A stretch of DNA of 64,000 nt from Burkholderiales bacterium (lineage in GTDB: Bacteria > Pseudomonadota > Gammaproteobacteria > Burkholderiales > SHXO01), in NCBI GenBank assembly GCA_020854105.1, contig JADZGB010000010.1:149518-213517 (forward strand), in the 5' to 3' direction. The translations under genes were made by a program, and so were the position numbers. Below are positions 13,792 to 22,023 of the stretch, one piece after another. Numbering within the stretch: position 1 is the stretch's first letter; every line of letters starts with the position of its first letter. The notes under the pieces are model-generated. The model had not been told where the DNA came from. It ran no database searches and saw only the letters and a program-made list of their open reading frames with translations.

Positions 13792-14700
13792 ATGGAAATG
13801 ATTCCACTGTCCTGGCGCGAGTGGGCGCCGCTGGCGCGCTCGATCGCGCACGTGCTCGTCATCGTGCTGCTCGCCATGCTGATGATGAGCATCACCGAGC
13901 GCCTGATTCAGCGTACGCGGCTGTACCTGAAGACGCGCGCCGACACGCTCGAGCACGCCAAGCGCGTCGACACCCTGGGCCGCGTGTTCCGATACGTCTC
14001 GGCCGTCGTCGTCGGACTGATCGCGACCACGCTGATTCTGAGCGAACTGGGCATCTCCATCGCACCCATCCTCGGCGCCGCTGGTGTGGTGGGGCTCGCG
14101 ATCGGATTCGGCGCGCAGAGCCTGGTGAAGGACTTTTTCTCCGGCTTCTTCATCCTGGTGGAGAACCAGATCCGGCTCGGCGACGTGGTCGATATCGCCG
14201 GCAAGGCAGGGCTGGTGGAGGAGGTGACGCTGCGCTACGTGCGCCTGCGCGACTACGACGGCAACGTGCACTTCGTGCCCAACGGCGAGATCACCATCGT
14301 GTCGAACTTCACCCTCGACTATGCACAGTCGGTGATCGACCTGCGGGTCGCCTGGCGCGAGGACGTGGACGAGGCGCTCAGTGTGATGCGTGCGGTGGCG
14401 GAGGCGCTGCAGGCCGATCCCGCATTCTCCGCGCGCTTCCTCGCACCGGTCGAGATGGTCGGTGTGGAACGCTGGGAGGCCTCCGCGGTGATCCTGCGCT
14501 GCCGCTTCAAGGTCGTTCCCATCGAGCAGTGGAACGTGCGGCGCGAGTATCTGCGCCGCATCAAGCGCGCGTTCGACGAGGCCGGCATCGAGGTTCCGTA
14601 TCCGCATCTCACCGTGTATGCGGGCGCCGACAAGGCCGGAAATGCGCGGGCCTTTCCGCTGCGCGCGGCCGCCCCGCTGGAGGTCCGCGCGCAGCGCTAG
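13792..14700 (+). CDS. Small-conductance mechanosensitive channel (MscS family)
   Basis: Three N-terminal TM helices followed by the MscS core pattern (GAAGVVGLAIGFGAQSLVKDFFSGFFILVENQIRLGDVVDI...VEEVTLRYVRLRDYDGNVHFVPNGEI). Confidence 0.85.
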   Translation: MEMIPLSWREWAPLARSIAHVLVIVLLAMLMMSITERLIQRTRLYLKTRADTLEHAKRVDTLGRVFRYVSAVVVGLIATTLILSELGISIAPILGAAGVVGLAIGFGAQSLVKDFFSGFFILVENQIRLGDVVDIAGKAGLVEEVTLRYVRLRDYDGNVHFVPNGEITIVSNFTLDYAQSVIDLRVAWREDVDEALSVMRAVAEALQADPAFSARFLAPVEMVGVERWEASAVILRCRFKVVPIEQWNVRREYLRRIKRAFDEAGIEVPYPHLTVYAGADKAGNARAFPLRAAAPLEVRAQR

Positions 14701-14817
14701 CACCCCGGCCGGGGATCCCGGCACGGCGGATGCGGATCGACGGCACCGGGCCATCGATGCGGCGGCGCGAGCGAGCGCGGCGTTCCCCCGCATCCGCGCC
14801 TGCCAACCGTCCAGCGC

Positions 14818-16351
14818 ATGACAGAGTGCCAGACCCAGAATCCCAGCCTCGCCCGCCTGCGCGAGCAGGCCCGTCTGCCGCGCGCGCAGCCGCGCGCGGC
14901 CCGCATTCTCGCGCCGGGACGCAACTGCTGGCGCCTCACCCGCGCCGAGCGCATTGCCTGGCTCGTCGACGGCGATGCGTACTTCCAGGCATTTCGCGAC
15001 GCCGTCAAGCGCGCGCAGCGCTCGATCTTAATCATCGCCTGGGACATCGACAGCCGCACGCTTCTGCTGCCCGAGGATCCTCACGACGGCTGGCCGATCG
15101 CCCTCGGCGAACTGCTGCACGCAGCGCTGGTACGCAATCCTGCACTGCACGTGCGCGTCCTGGACTGGGACTTCGCGATGCTGTACGCGGCCATGCGCGA
15201 GCTGCCGCCGCCATATGCCAACGGCTGGCGCCGCCACCGCCGCCTGCACATCGCCTTCGACGGCGACCATCCGCTGGGCGGCTCGCAGCATCAGAAGATC
15301 GTCGTGGTGGACGAGCGCGTCGCCTTCGTCGGCGGACTCGATCTCACCAGCGCGCGCTGGGACACGAGTGCGCACGCAGGAGGATCCCTGGCCGCTGTCG
15401 GTCGCGCCCGATCTGTCCCACGCACCGGTGGGCATCGCCCGCACCCAGCCCGAGTACGGCGGCAACGTGCAGGTGCAGGAGATCAAGCAGCTCTACCTGG
15501 ACGCCATCGCCGCAGCGCGCCGCACCATCTACATCGAGAACCAGTATCTGACCGCGCCTGCGGTGGTGCAGGCGCTGGCCACGCGCCTCGAGCAGCCCGA
15601 TGGCCCCGAGATCGTGATCCTGTCGCGCCTGCACGGCGACGGCTGGCTGGAGGAGAGCACCATGACGGCGCTGCGCGTGAGCGCGGTGAACGCGCTGCGC
15701 GCAGCCGACGCGCACGGGCGGCTGCGCGTGGCGTATCCGCACGCCGACGGCCTGGGCCAGGCGTGCATCGATCTGCACAGCAAGCTGATGATCGTGGACG
15801 AGCGCTTCGCGCGCATCGGCTCGGCCAATCTCAACAACCGCTCGATGGGATACGACACCGAATGCGATCTGGCGATCGAGGCCACCGAGCCACGCAACGG
15901 CGCGCAGCTGCTCGAGCTGCGCCACCGGCTGGTGGCCGAGCACCTAGGCGTCACGGCCCGGGAGGTGGCGCAGGCCCGTGCGCGCACCGGCTCGCTCATC
16001 GCCGCAGCGGCCACGTTCCGCGTCGGCCAGATCCTCGGCCGCGACGTGGTGCGCCGCATCGCCGGCCCGCGCCTGACGCGCCTGAACCACCGGCTGGAGC
16101 GGCGCGAACTGCTGGCGATCGTCACGCTGCGGCTGCTGCCGATCGCGCCCTTCACGGTGATCAATCTCGCTGCAGGCGCCTCGCAGATCCGCATGCGCCA
16201 CTTCATGCTCGGCACGCTGATCGGCATGCTGCCCGGCATCGTGGCGATCACCCTGTTCTCCGACCGCGTGCTGGCCGCGGTGCGGCAGCCGTCGCTGCTC
16301 ACCCTGACGACGCTCGGGGCCGTGATCGCCGCCATCGCGGTCGGCGCCTGA
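14818..16351 (+). pseudogene. Phospholipase D-family protein with a C-terminal DedA/VTT membrane segment; frameshifted and apparently shortened
   Basis: HKD motif 1 (GGSQHQKIVVVDERVAFVGGLDL...RWDTSAHA) is in the frame of 14818. The rest (QEDPWPL...IYIENQYLT, HKD motif 2 DLHSKLMIVDERFARIGSANLNNRS, and the VTT-like LLPIAPFTVINLAAGAS) is in the frame of 15215. The frame switch falls at about 15370-15385. Confidence 0.6.
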
Positions 16352-16406
16352 GGCGTGCACACCTGGCTGGCGCGTCGGCGCTCGGCCGGCACCGGCAACG
16401 CATGAG

Positions 16407-17090
16407 ATGCCGCTGCGGCTGGCGACGTGGAACGTGCACGGCTGCGTGGGACGCGACGGAAAGTACCATCCCGAACGCGGGCTCGAGGTGCTGCATCGCC
16501 TCGATGCCGATGTGATCGCGCTGCAGGAGCTGCTGTGGGACTCGCGCGAGGCCCTGCACCTGCTCGACCGCTTCGCCGAGGCGCTGGGCTACTCGGCCAT
16601 TGCCGGCCCGACCATGCTGCGCGGCGACGGCCACTACGGCAACGCCCTGCTGCACCGCCTGCCGCTGCTCGACACCCGGCTGATCGACCTGAGCATCGGC
16701 CGGCACGAGCCGCGCGGTGCCATCGACGCCCTGCTGCAGACCGGCAGCGCGCCTCTGCGTGTGATGAGCACCCACCTGGGGCTGCGCCCGCGCGAACGGC
16801 GCCGCCAGATGCGTCGGCTGCTGCGCATCCTGGACGGGGAGACCGATCGGCTCACGGTGCTGATGGGCAACCTGAACGAGTGGTTCCTGTGGGGACGTCC
16901 CCTGCGCTGGCTGCACCACTGGTTCGGCTATACGCCGTCGCCGCCCACCTTTCCCGCACGGCTGCCGCTGTTCGCGTTGGACAGGATCTGGGTCCATCCG
17001 CGCTCGCGCCTGGTGCGGGTCGCCGCAGTACGCGGCGGCGCGGCGCTGGCATCGGACCACCTGCCGGTGGCCGCCGACGTGGCGGTGTAA
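16407..17090 (+). CDS. Endonuclease/exonuclease/phosphatase (EEP) family protein
   Basis: LATWNVHGCVG, DADVIALQE, YGNALL, PRGAIDALL, STHLGL and ASDHLPVAADV are the EEP catalytic motifs. It sits immediately downstream of the PLD gene. Confidence 0.85.
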   Translation: MPLRLATWNVHGCVGRDGKYHPERGLEVLHRLDADVIALQELLWDSREALHLLDRFAEALGYSAIAGPTMLRGDGHYGNALLHRLPLLDTRLIDLSIGRHEPRGAIDALLQTGSAPLRVMSTHLGLRPRERRRQMRRLLRILDGETDRLTVLMGNLNEWFLWGRPLRWLHHWFGYTPSPPTFPARLPLFALDRIWVHPRSRLVRVAAVRGGAALASDHLPVAADVAV

Positions 17091-17096
17091 GAGGCG

Positions 17097-17423
17097 CTAG
17101 CGGCGCGCCAGCACCAGGCCCACCAGCAGTCCGAGGGCCGCGCCCAGAACGACGCCGGCCGATGCCGTGGCGTAGGGATGATCGTGGCAGGCGCGGTCGG
17201 CCGTGTGCAGCGCCGAGCGCGCGCGATGCAACAGCCGGCGCTCGAGTGCCTCCAGGTCCTGCTGGGTGCGGCGCAACTGCACGTCGAGGCGGCGGATCGA
17301 GGCCATGTGGCGATCGCCGCCCTCCTTGCGCACCGCCTGGATCAGCTCGTCGGCCCGGAACGCGACCTGTCGCAACACCGCCGCCAGCCGCTGCACACTC
17401 TCGTCGTTGATGTCCTGCGCCAT
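17097..17423 (-). CDS. DUF883 (ElaB/YqjD-like) membrane-anchored stress protein
   Basis: 108 aa starting at ATG 17423. It has a coiled N-terminal part and the typical C-terminal anchor HPYATASAGVVLGAALGLLVGLVLARR. Confidence 0.7.
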   Translation of the reverse strand: MAQDINDESVQRLAAVLRQVAFRADELIQAVRKEGGDRHMASIRRLDVQLRRTQQDLEALERRLLHRARSALHTADRACHDHPYATASAGVVLGAALGLLVGLVLARR

Positions 17424-17508
17424 TTCGCGTCCCCCTCGCCGCGTTGCTGCAATGCCCCCCGGCCAGCAGGCCGTGGAGCAAGCGCCGTTCCGTGCGTAGA
17501 CTGCGCGC

Positions 17509-18708
17509 ATGCGCACCCGTCCTCCGACCCTGTCCGACGCGGATTCGGCCCTGATCGAGACCTGCCGCGTCCGCGCCGTGCAGGTGCTGGCGGCCAACGA
17601 CTCGACGCAGGGCATTCTAGCCGCAGCACCGGGTGCGCGCGCCCGCCGGCGCGACTACACGGCGATCTTCGGCCGCGACGCGGCCATCTGCGCGCTCGGC
17701 ATGGCGGTCTCGGGCGAACCCGCCCTGCAGCGGCGCGCAGCGTGCGGCCTGTTCACGCTGGCCGCGCATCAGGCCGCCAACGGCCAGATGCCGAAGTTCG
17801 TCGCCGCCGCGGGCCGGGAAGCGGATTTCTGGTACCTCGGCTGCATCGATTCGACCCTGTGGTGGCTGATCGCGGTCGACCACCTGGACCGCAGCGTGCA
17901 CCCGGGTCTGCGTGAACGGCTGCGCCGGCCCGTGGCCCGCGCGCTGCACTGGCTGCATTGCCAGGAGCATCCGCACTTCCGTCTGCTGATGCAGCCGGAG
18001 GCGAGCGACTGGGCGGACATCATGCCGCGCTCGGGCTTCGTGCTCTATACCAACGCCCTGTGGCATCTGGTCAAGCGCCGTTTCCGGCTGCCCCACGCGT
18101 CCATCACGCACGCCTCCTGCAACCAGCTGTTCCACCCGTTCTCGGCCGGACTGGCGGAGTACCGGCGCGCGCGCCTGCTCAACGATTACGTCCTGCGGCG
18201 TGCACGCAATCGCGAGCTGTACCTGAGCTTCGTAAACTTCTCGTTCTGGGGCGAGGAAGGCGACGTGTTCGGCAACCTGCTCGCGCTGCTCACCGGCCTG
18301 GCCGATGCGCACACGGCGCATCGGGTGCTCGACGCCCTGACGCGCGCGCAGGTGCACCGGCCCTATCCCGTGCGTGTGGTGGTCGACCCGATACGCCAGG
18401 ACGACCCGCTGTGGCGTGACTACATGCACCGCCATCGGCAGAACCTCGCCTGGCAGTACCACAACGGGGGCATCTGGCCCTTCGTCGGCGGATTCTGGGT
18501 GGCGGCACTGGCGCAGTGGAAAGGCGCGCGGGCAGCGCAGCCCGAGCTGCTGCAGCTGGCGCGCGCCAACCGGCTGGGCAACTGGCAGTTCAACGAGTGG
18601 CTGCACGGGCGCAGCGCACGCCTGCGCGGCATGCCGCTGCAGTCGTGGAGTGCGGCCGGCTACCTGCTCGCGTACGCAGCGGTGCAGCGTGCGGTGCGCG
18701 CCAGATGA
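17509..18708 (+). CDS. Six-hairpin glycosidase, GH100 (neutral invertase)/amylo-alpha-1,6-glucosidase-like
   Basis: DYTAIFGRDAAICALG, GCIDSTLWWLIAV, SDWADIMPRSGFVLYTNALW, GDVFGNLLALLTGLA, WQYHNGGIWPFVGGFW and LQSWSAAGYLLAY follow the GH100-type pattern. Confidence 0.7.
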   Translation: MRTRPPTLSDADSALIETCRVRAVQVLAANDSTQGILAAAPGARARRRDYTAIFGRDAAICALGMAVSGEPALQRRAACGLFTLAAHQAANGQMPKFVAAAGREADFWYLGCIDSTLWWLIAVDHLDRSVHPGLRERLRRPVARALHWLHCQEHPHFRLLMQPEASDWADIMPRSGFVLYTNALWHLVKRRFRLPHASITHASCNQLFHPFSAGLAEYRRARLLNDYVLRRARNRELYLSFVNFSFWGEEGDVFGNLLALLTGLADAHTAHRVLDALTRAQVHRPYPVRVVVDPIRQDDPLWRDYMHRHRQNLAWQYHNGGIWPFVGGFWVAALAQWKGARAAQPELLQLARANRLGNWQFNEWLHGRSARLRGMPLQSWSAAGYLLAYAAVQRAVRAR

Positions 18709-18768
18709 GCGGGAACGCCGCGTGCGTGCCTGCGCCGCATCGAGACCCGCACGCGCATTCCAGCCGTC

Positions 18769-19041
18769 ATGCAAGTACCCGAGCAGCCCGTGCCGGTAGG
18801 CGATCCGCCTCCGCAACGGGACGATCCCGGCCAGCCGCACCAGCCCCCGGTCATCCCGCCGGATGCGCCCGGCCCCGGACCGCAGCCGCAGCCGCCGGCC
18901 CCCGATCCCGATCCAGGACCGGACCCGCGGCCGATGACCGATCCGGTGCCGCCGCGACCCGGGCCTACGCCGCCGACACCGGGGGAGCCCGGCCCGCGCC
19001 CCGGGCAGGACTGGATCATGGCGCGAGGCGCCAGCGCCTAG
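18769..19041 (+). CDS. Hypothetical proline-rich small protein
   Basis: 90-aa ORF that is mostly Pro/Gly/Asp/Gln (PGPGPQPQPPAPDPDPGPDPRP). Its GC3 is high, like coding sequence, but I see no recognisable domain or convincing RBS. Confidence 0.3.
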   Translation: MQVPEQPVPVGDPPPQRDDPGQPHQPPVIPPDAPGPGPQPQPPAPDPDPGPDPRPMTDPVPPRPGPTPPTPGEPGPRPGQDWIMARGASA

Positions 19042-19103
19042 GCAGGCCCTGCACCAGCGCAGCAGCGCTGGACGGCATGCGCTGTCGCCGGTAACGTCCG
19101 CAC

Positions 19104-20285
19104 GTGAAGATCTTCCTGAGCTACGCCTCGGAGGATCGCGCGGTCGCGGAGCCGATCAACCTCGCCCTCCTGGCGCAGGGCCACGACGTGTTCTTCGACC
19201 GCGACGATCTGGCTCCCGGCGCCGAGTACGACAACCGGGTGCGCCGTGCGATCGCACGTGCGCACCTGCTGGTGTTCCTGGTCAGCGCGAAATCCGTGCA
19301 GCCGCAGCGCTATACCCTGAGCGAGCTGGGGTTCGCGCAGCGCAGGTGGAAGCACCCGGACGGCCGCGTACTGCCGGTGCTGATCGAACCCGTCGCACTG
19401 GCACAGGTGCCGGCCTATCTGCGCTCGGTGACGCTGCTCGATGCACAGGGAAATGTCACGGCAGAGGTGGCCGATGCCGTGCACCGCCTCGCGGTCCGGC
19501 GCACCAGGCGCATCCGGCGCAGGGTGCTTGCCGGCGCGGTGGCGCTCGTGCTGCTCGGCAGCGGCGCTCAGCGGCTGCTGCGGCCGGATGCCACCGGTGA
19601 GGTGCGCCACGCCGATGGCAGCATCGGCGTTCCCATCGCGCAAGGACGCTACACGCTCGGCGACGACGAGTACGCGCCGATGCGCGAAGTCTCGCTCGGT
19701 GCATTCCGCATCGATCGCCACGAGATCACCACGGCGCAGTATGCGAAGTTCCTGCAGGCTACCGGCCATGCACACCAGCCGGAGTACTGGAGCGAGTCGC
19801 TGGCCGCGCAACCACTGCCCGTGATCGGCGTGAGCTGGCACGACGCGCGGGCCTACTGCGCGTGGGCCGGCCGGCGGCTTCCCACCGAGGCCGAGTGGGA
19901 GGCCGCCGCGCGCGGGCGCGACGCGCGCCGCTATCCGTGGGGCGGGGACGAACCCGATGCTCGGCGTGCGCGCTTAGCGCGCAGCGCAGACGAGCCGTAC
20001 CAGGGCGTGGCCGCGGTCGGATCGCACCCGGCAGGCGCGAGCCCCGCCGGCGTCCACGACCTCGCCGGCAATGCAGCCGAGTGGGTGGCCGACTGGTACG
20101 CGGAAGGCATCGACCCGGCAGCGAGCCGCAACCCCACCGGTCCGGCCGCCGGCACGGACAGGATCATCCGCGGCGGCGGCTACTACGACGCCGCGGACCG
20201 GCTGCTCGGCACGCGGCGCTTCCACGCCAGCCCTTCGCATCGGGGCGAGGACATCGGCTTCCGCTGCGCGGCGGACATGCGCTGA
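19104..20285 (+). CDS. TIR domain - TM helix - FGE-sulfatase (SUMF1-like) domain protein
   Basis: GTG start. The N-terminus has the TIR_2 pattern KIFLSYASEDR...GHDVFFDRDDLAPG...LLVFLVSAKS...TLSEL...VLPVLI. Next comes an RRRV stretch and a hydrophobic helix (LAGAVALVLLGSGA). The C-terminus has FGE motifs: RIDRHEITTAQYAKF, VIGVSWHDARAYCAWAGRRLPTEAEWEAAARG, YPWG, HDLAGNAAEWVADWY, RIIRGGGY, IGFRCA. Confidence 0.85.
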   Translation: MKIFLSYASEDRAVAEPINLALLAQGHDVFFDRDDLAPGAEYDNRVRRAIARAHLLVFLVSAKSVQPQRYTLSELGFAQRRWKHPDGRVLPVLIEPVALAQVPAYLRSVTLLDAQGNVTAEVADAVHRLAVRRTRRIRRRVLAGAVALVLLGSGAQRLLRPDATGEVRHADGSIGVPIAQGRYTLGDDEYAPMREVSLGAFRIDRHEITTAQYAKFLQATGHAHQPEYWSESLAAQPLPVIGVSWHDARAYCAWAGRRLPTEAEWEAAARGRDARRYPWGGDEPDARRARLARSADEPYQGVAAVGSHPAGASPAGVHDLAGNAAEWVADWYAEGIDPAASRNPTGPAAGTDRIIRGGGYYDAADRLLGTRRFHASPSHRGEDIGFRCAADMR

Positions 20286-20384
20286 CGCGCCCGCGGTGCC
20301 GGTGCACGCCCGTTGCACCCGTCGCGCCTCCACGGCACATCGCTTGCGGCGCTCACGCATCCCCCGGATGAACGAGGCAGCGTC

Positions 20385-20907
20385 ATGGCAGACATCGGAC
20401 AACAGGCACGCGAGAGCACCGCGCACGCCGCCGAGCAGGGTAGGGCAGGAGCATGCTCTCCCGGCAGAAGGAGGCGGCAGCAGAGCGCGTGGAGCAGATG
20501 GCACGGGCGGTGCGCAGCGGCGCGCGTGAACTGCAGGGCGGTGACGCGCGCACACCGGTCGCTACGTGGAGATGGCAGCGGAGCGTCTCGAGTCCTTCGG
20601 ACGCCAGCTGCGCGAGAAGGACCTCAACGGCCTGATCGCGCAGGCGCAGGACATGGCGCGGCGCTCGCCGGCAGCGTTCTTCGGCGGCTCGATGCTCGCC
20701 GACTTCCTGCCGGCGCGCTTCATGAAGAGTTCGGCGTCCGGGAGCGAGGGCGAACCGGTGTGGCAATCCCGCCCGCCGGCGGACCGCGCGGATGCGGGCG
20801 CCGAGGGCTGGTCGCATCCACAGGGAAGCAGCGGACCGGAGAAGGCCGGCGCGCCCACCTCCTTCACCAGTTCGAACGCATCTGGAGGCAGCCATGTCGA
20901 TGGATAA
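20385..20907 (+). pseudogene. Membrane-stress cluster protein, apparently split over three reading frames
   Basis: A GAGG RBS and ATG 20385 give MADIGQQARESTAHAAEQ. The sensible continuation is in another frame (SRQKEAAAERVEQMARAVRSGARELQGGD), and then in a third (VEMAAERLESFGRQLREKDLNGLIAQAQDMARRSPAAFFGGSMLADFLPARFMKSS). Staying in any single frame gives Arg-rich nonsense. Confidence 0.45.
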
Positions 20908-21313
20908 GACCGAGAAGTCCCTTCCCACCCTGTTCTCCGATCTCACGCGCGAGACGCTCGAACTGATCCGTCAGGAGATCGCGCTGGCGCGTGCCGAGGT
21001 GTCGCAGAAGATCTCCACGGCGGAAAAGGCGCTGGTGGCGATCGCGATCGGGGCCGCCATCATCCTCGCCGGCCTGCTGCTGGTGCTCCAGGCCGTGGTC
21101 AACGGTGTCGCGCTGATGCTGCCGCCGGACCAGGCGCCCTGGCTGGCACCGCTGCTCGTGGGCGCGATCATTGCCGCGATCGGCTACGCCATGATCCGCA
21201 GCGGCCGCAACCACCTCCACCCCGAGAACCTGGCACCGCGCCGCACGATGCGGACAGCAGAACAGCCGCATGCGGGGCCATTCGCAGCACTTCGACAGCG
21301 CGACGGCCACTGA
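20894..21313 (+). CDS. Phage-holin-superfamily-like membrane protein (DUF1469 / Holin-X type)
   Basis: LFSDLTRETLELIRQEIALARAEVSQK is followed by two TM helices (LVAIAIGAAIILAGLLLVL; LAPLLVGAIIAAIGYAMI). Its start overlaps the end of the preceding gene. Confidence 0.65.
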   Translation: MSMDKTEKSLPTLFSDLTRETLELIRQEIALARAEVSQKISTAEKALVAIAIGAAIILAGLLLVLQAVVNGVALMLPPDQAPWLAPLLVGAIIAAIGYAMIRSGRNHLHPENLAPRRTMRTAEQPHAGPFAALRQRDGH

Positions 21314-21314
21314 C

Positions 21315-21869
21315 ATGGGCATGGACGAGAGCGGAATCGGCACGATGGATACGCTGCGCACGAATGCCGGGGTCGCCGGCGAGCGCATCCGTGAGCGCAC
21401 CGCCGCGATGAGCGAGCGTGCGCGCGGTGAGATGAGTTCCATGCGCGACCGTGCGACCGACACGGCGGACAACGCGCGTGCACGGCTCGGCGAAATCGGC
21501 CAGCGTTCGCGCGAGGGTTACTATCGGGCACGCGGGAACCTACTGCGGCGCGCGCCGAGCGAGAAGCCGGTCGAGCTGGTTGGCGAACGCCTGCCGGTCC
21601 GACTGGCTCATGCGCGCCGGTCCGGCGGTCTGCACACCGCTGTCGCGCAGCCCGGTCATGAAATCGCGCATCGTCAGATGCTCGCGCACGTTCGCCGCGG
21701 TGTAGAGCTCGCCTCTGGGATGCAGTGCCTGCGCGCCGCGCTCCACCACCAGCGCCGCCAGGGGGACATCGGCAGTGATCGCCAGATCTTCCGGGGCGAT
21801 TTCCTTCGCGATGCGGTTGTCGGCGACATCGAACCCGCGCTCCACCTGGATGGAGCGCACGAAGCGTGA
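21315..21869 (+). CDS. Hypothetical coiled-coil protein, third gene of the stress cluster; 3' end unresolved
   Basis: It starts 2 nt after the preceding stop. The first ~75 aa ([64 protein letters not shown]) look like real coding sequence. Beyond about 21540 the ORF runs antisense to yaiI and is probably a shadow frame. Confidence 0.3.
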   Translation: MGMDESGIGTMDTLRTNAGVAGERIRERTAAMSERARGEMSSMRDRATDTADNARARLGEIGQRSREGYYRARGNLLRRAPSEKPVELVGERLPVRLAHARRSGGLHTAVAQPGHEIAHRQMLAHVRRGVELASGMQCLRAALHHQRRQGDIGSDRQIFRGDFLRDAVVGDIEPALHLDGAHEA

Positions 21870-21992
21870 GGGCGGCACGCGCAGCGGCTGGTTCGCCACC
21901 AGCACCACCTCCACCTCGCAGCGCTCCGCGGCGCGGAACAGGATCTCCTTCACCGCCGCGGGACAGGCATCGGCATCGACCCAGATACGCAT
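21540..21992 (-). CDS. yaiI: UPF0178 family protein (YaiI/YqxD, DUF188)
   Basis: [24 protein letters not shown]...VVLVAN...FDVADNRIA...[12 protein letters not shown] is the family signature. The start is ATG at 21992. Confidence 0.85.
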   Translation of the reverse strand: MRIWVDADACPAAVKEILFRAAERCEVEVVLVANQPLRVPPSRFVRSIQVERGFDVADNRIAKEIAPEDLAITADVPLAALVVERGAQALHPRGELYTAANVREHLTMRDFMTGLRDSGVQTAGPARMSQSDRQAFANQLDRLLARRAPQ

Positions 21993-22023
21993 GCGCCAGT
22001 ACGCGAACGTGCCGGTGCGAAGC

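Noticed and set aside
8474-13807. Very long antisense or out-of-frame ORFs, for example 8474..13807(-) at 1777 aa, 420..1814(+), 1863..3707(+), 26054..27847(+), 37755..40121(-) and 40524..42593(+).
   Set aside because: Their translations are Arg/Ala/Gly/Pro-rich low-complexity strings with no motifs. They lie opposite or out of frame to genes with clear family signatures. In GC-rich DNA such shadow frames stay open by chance.
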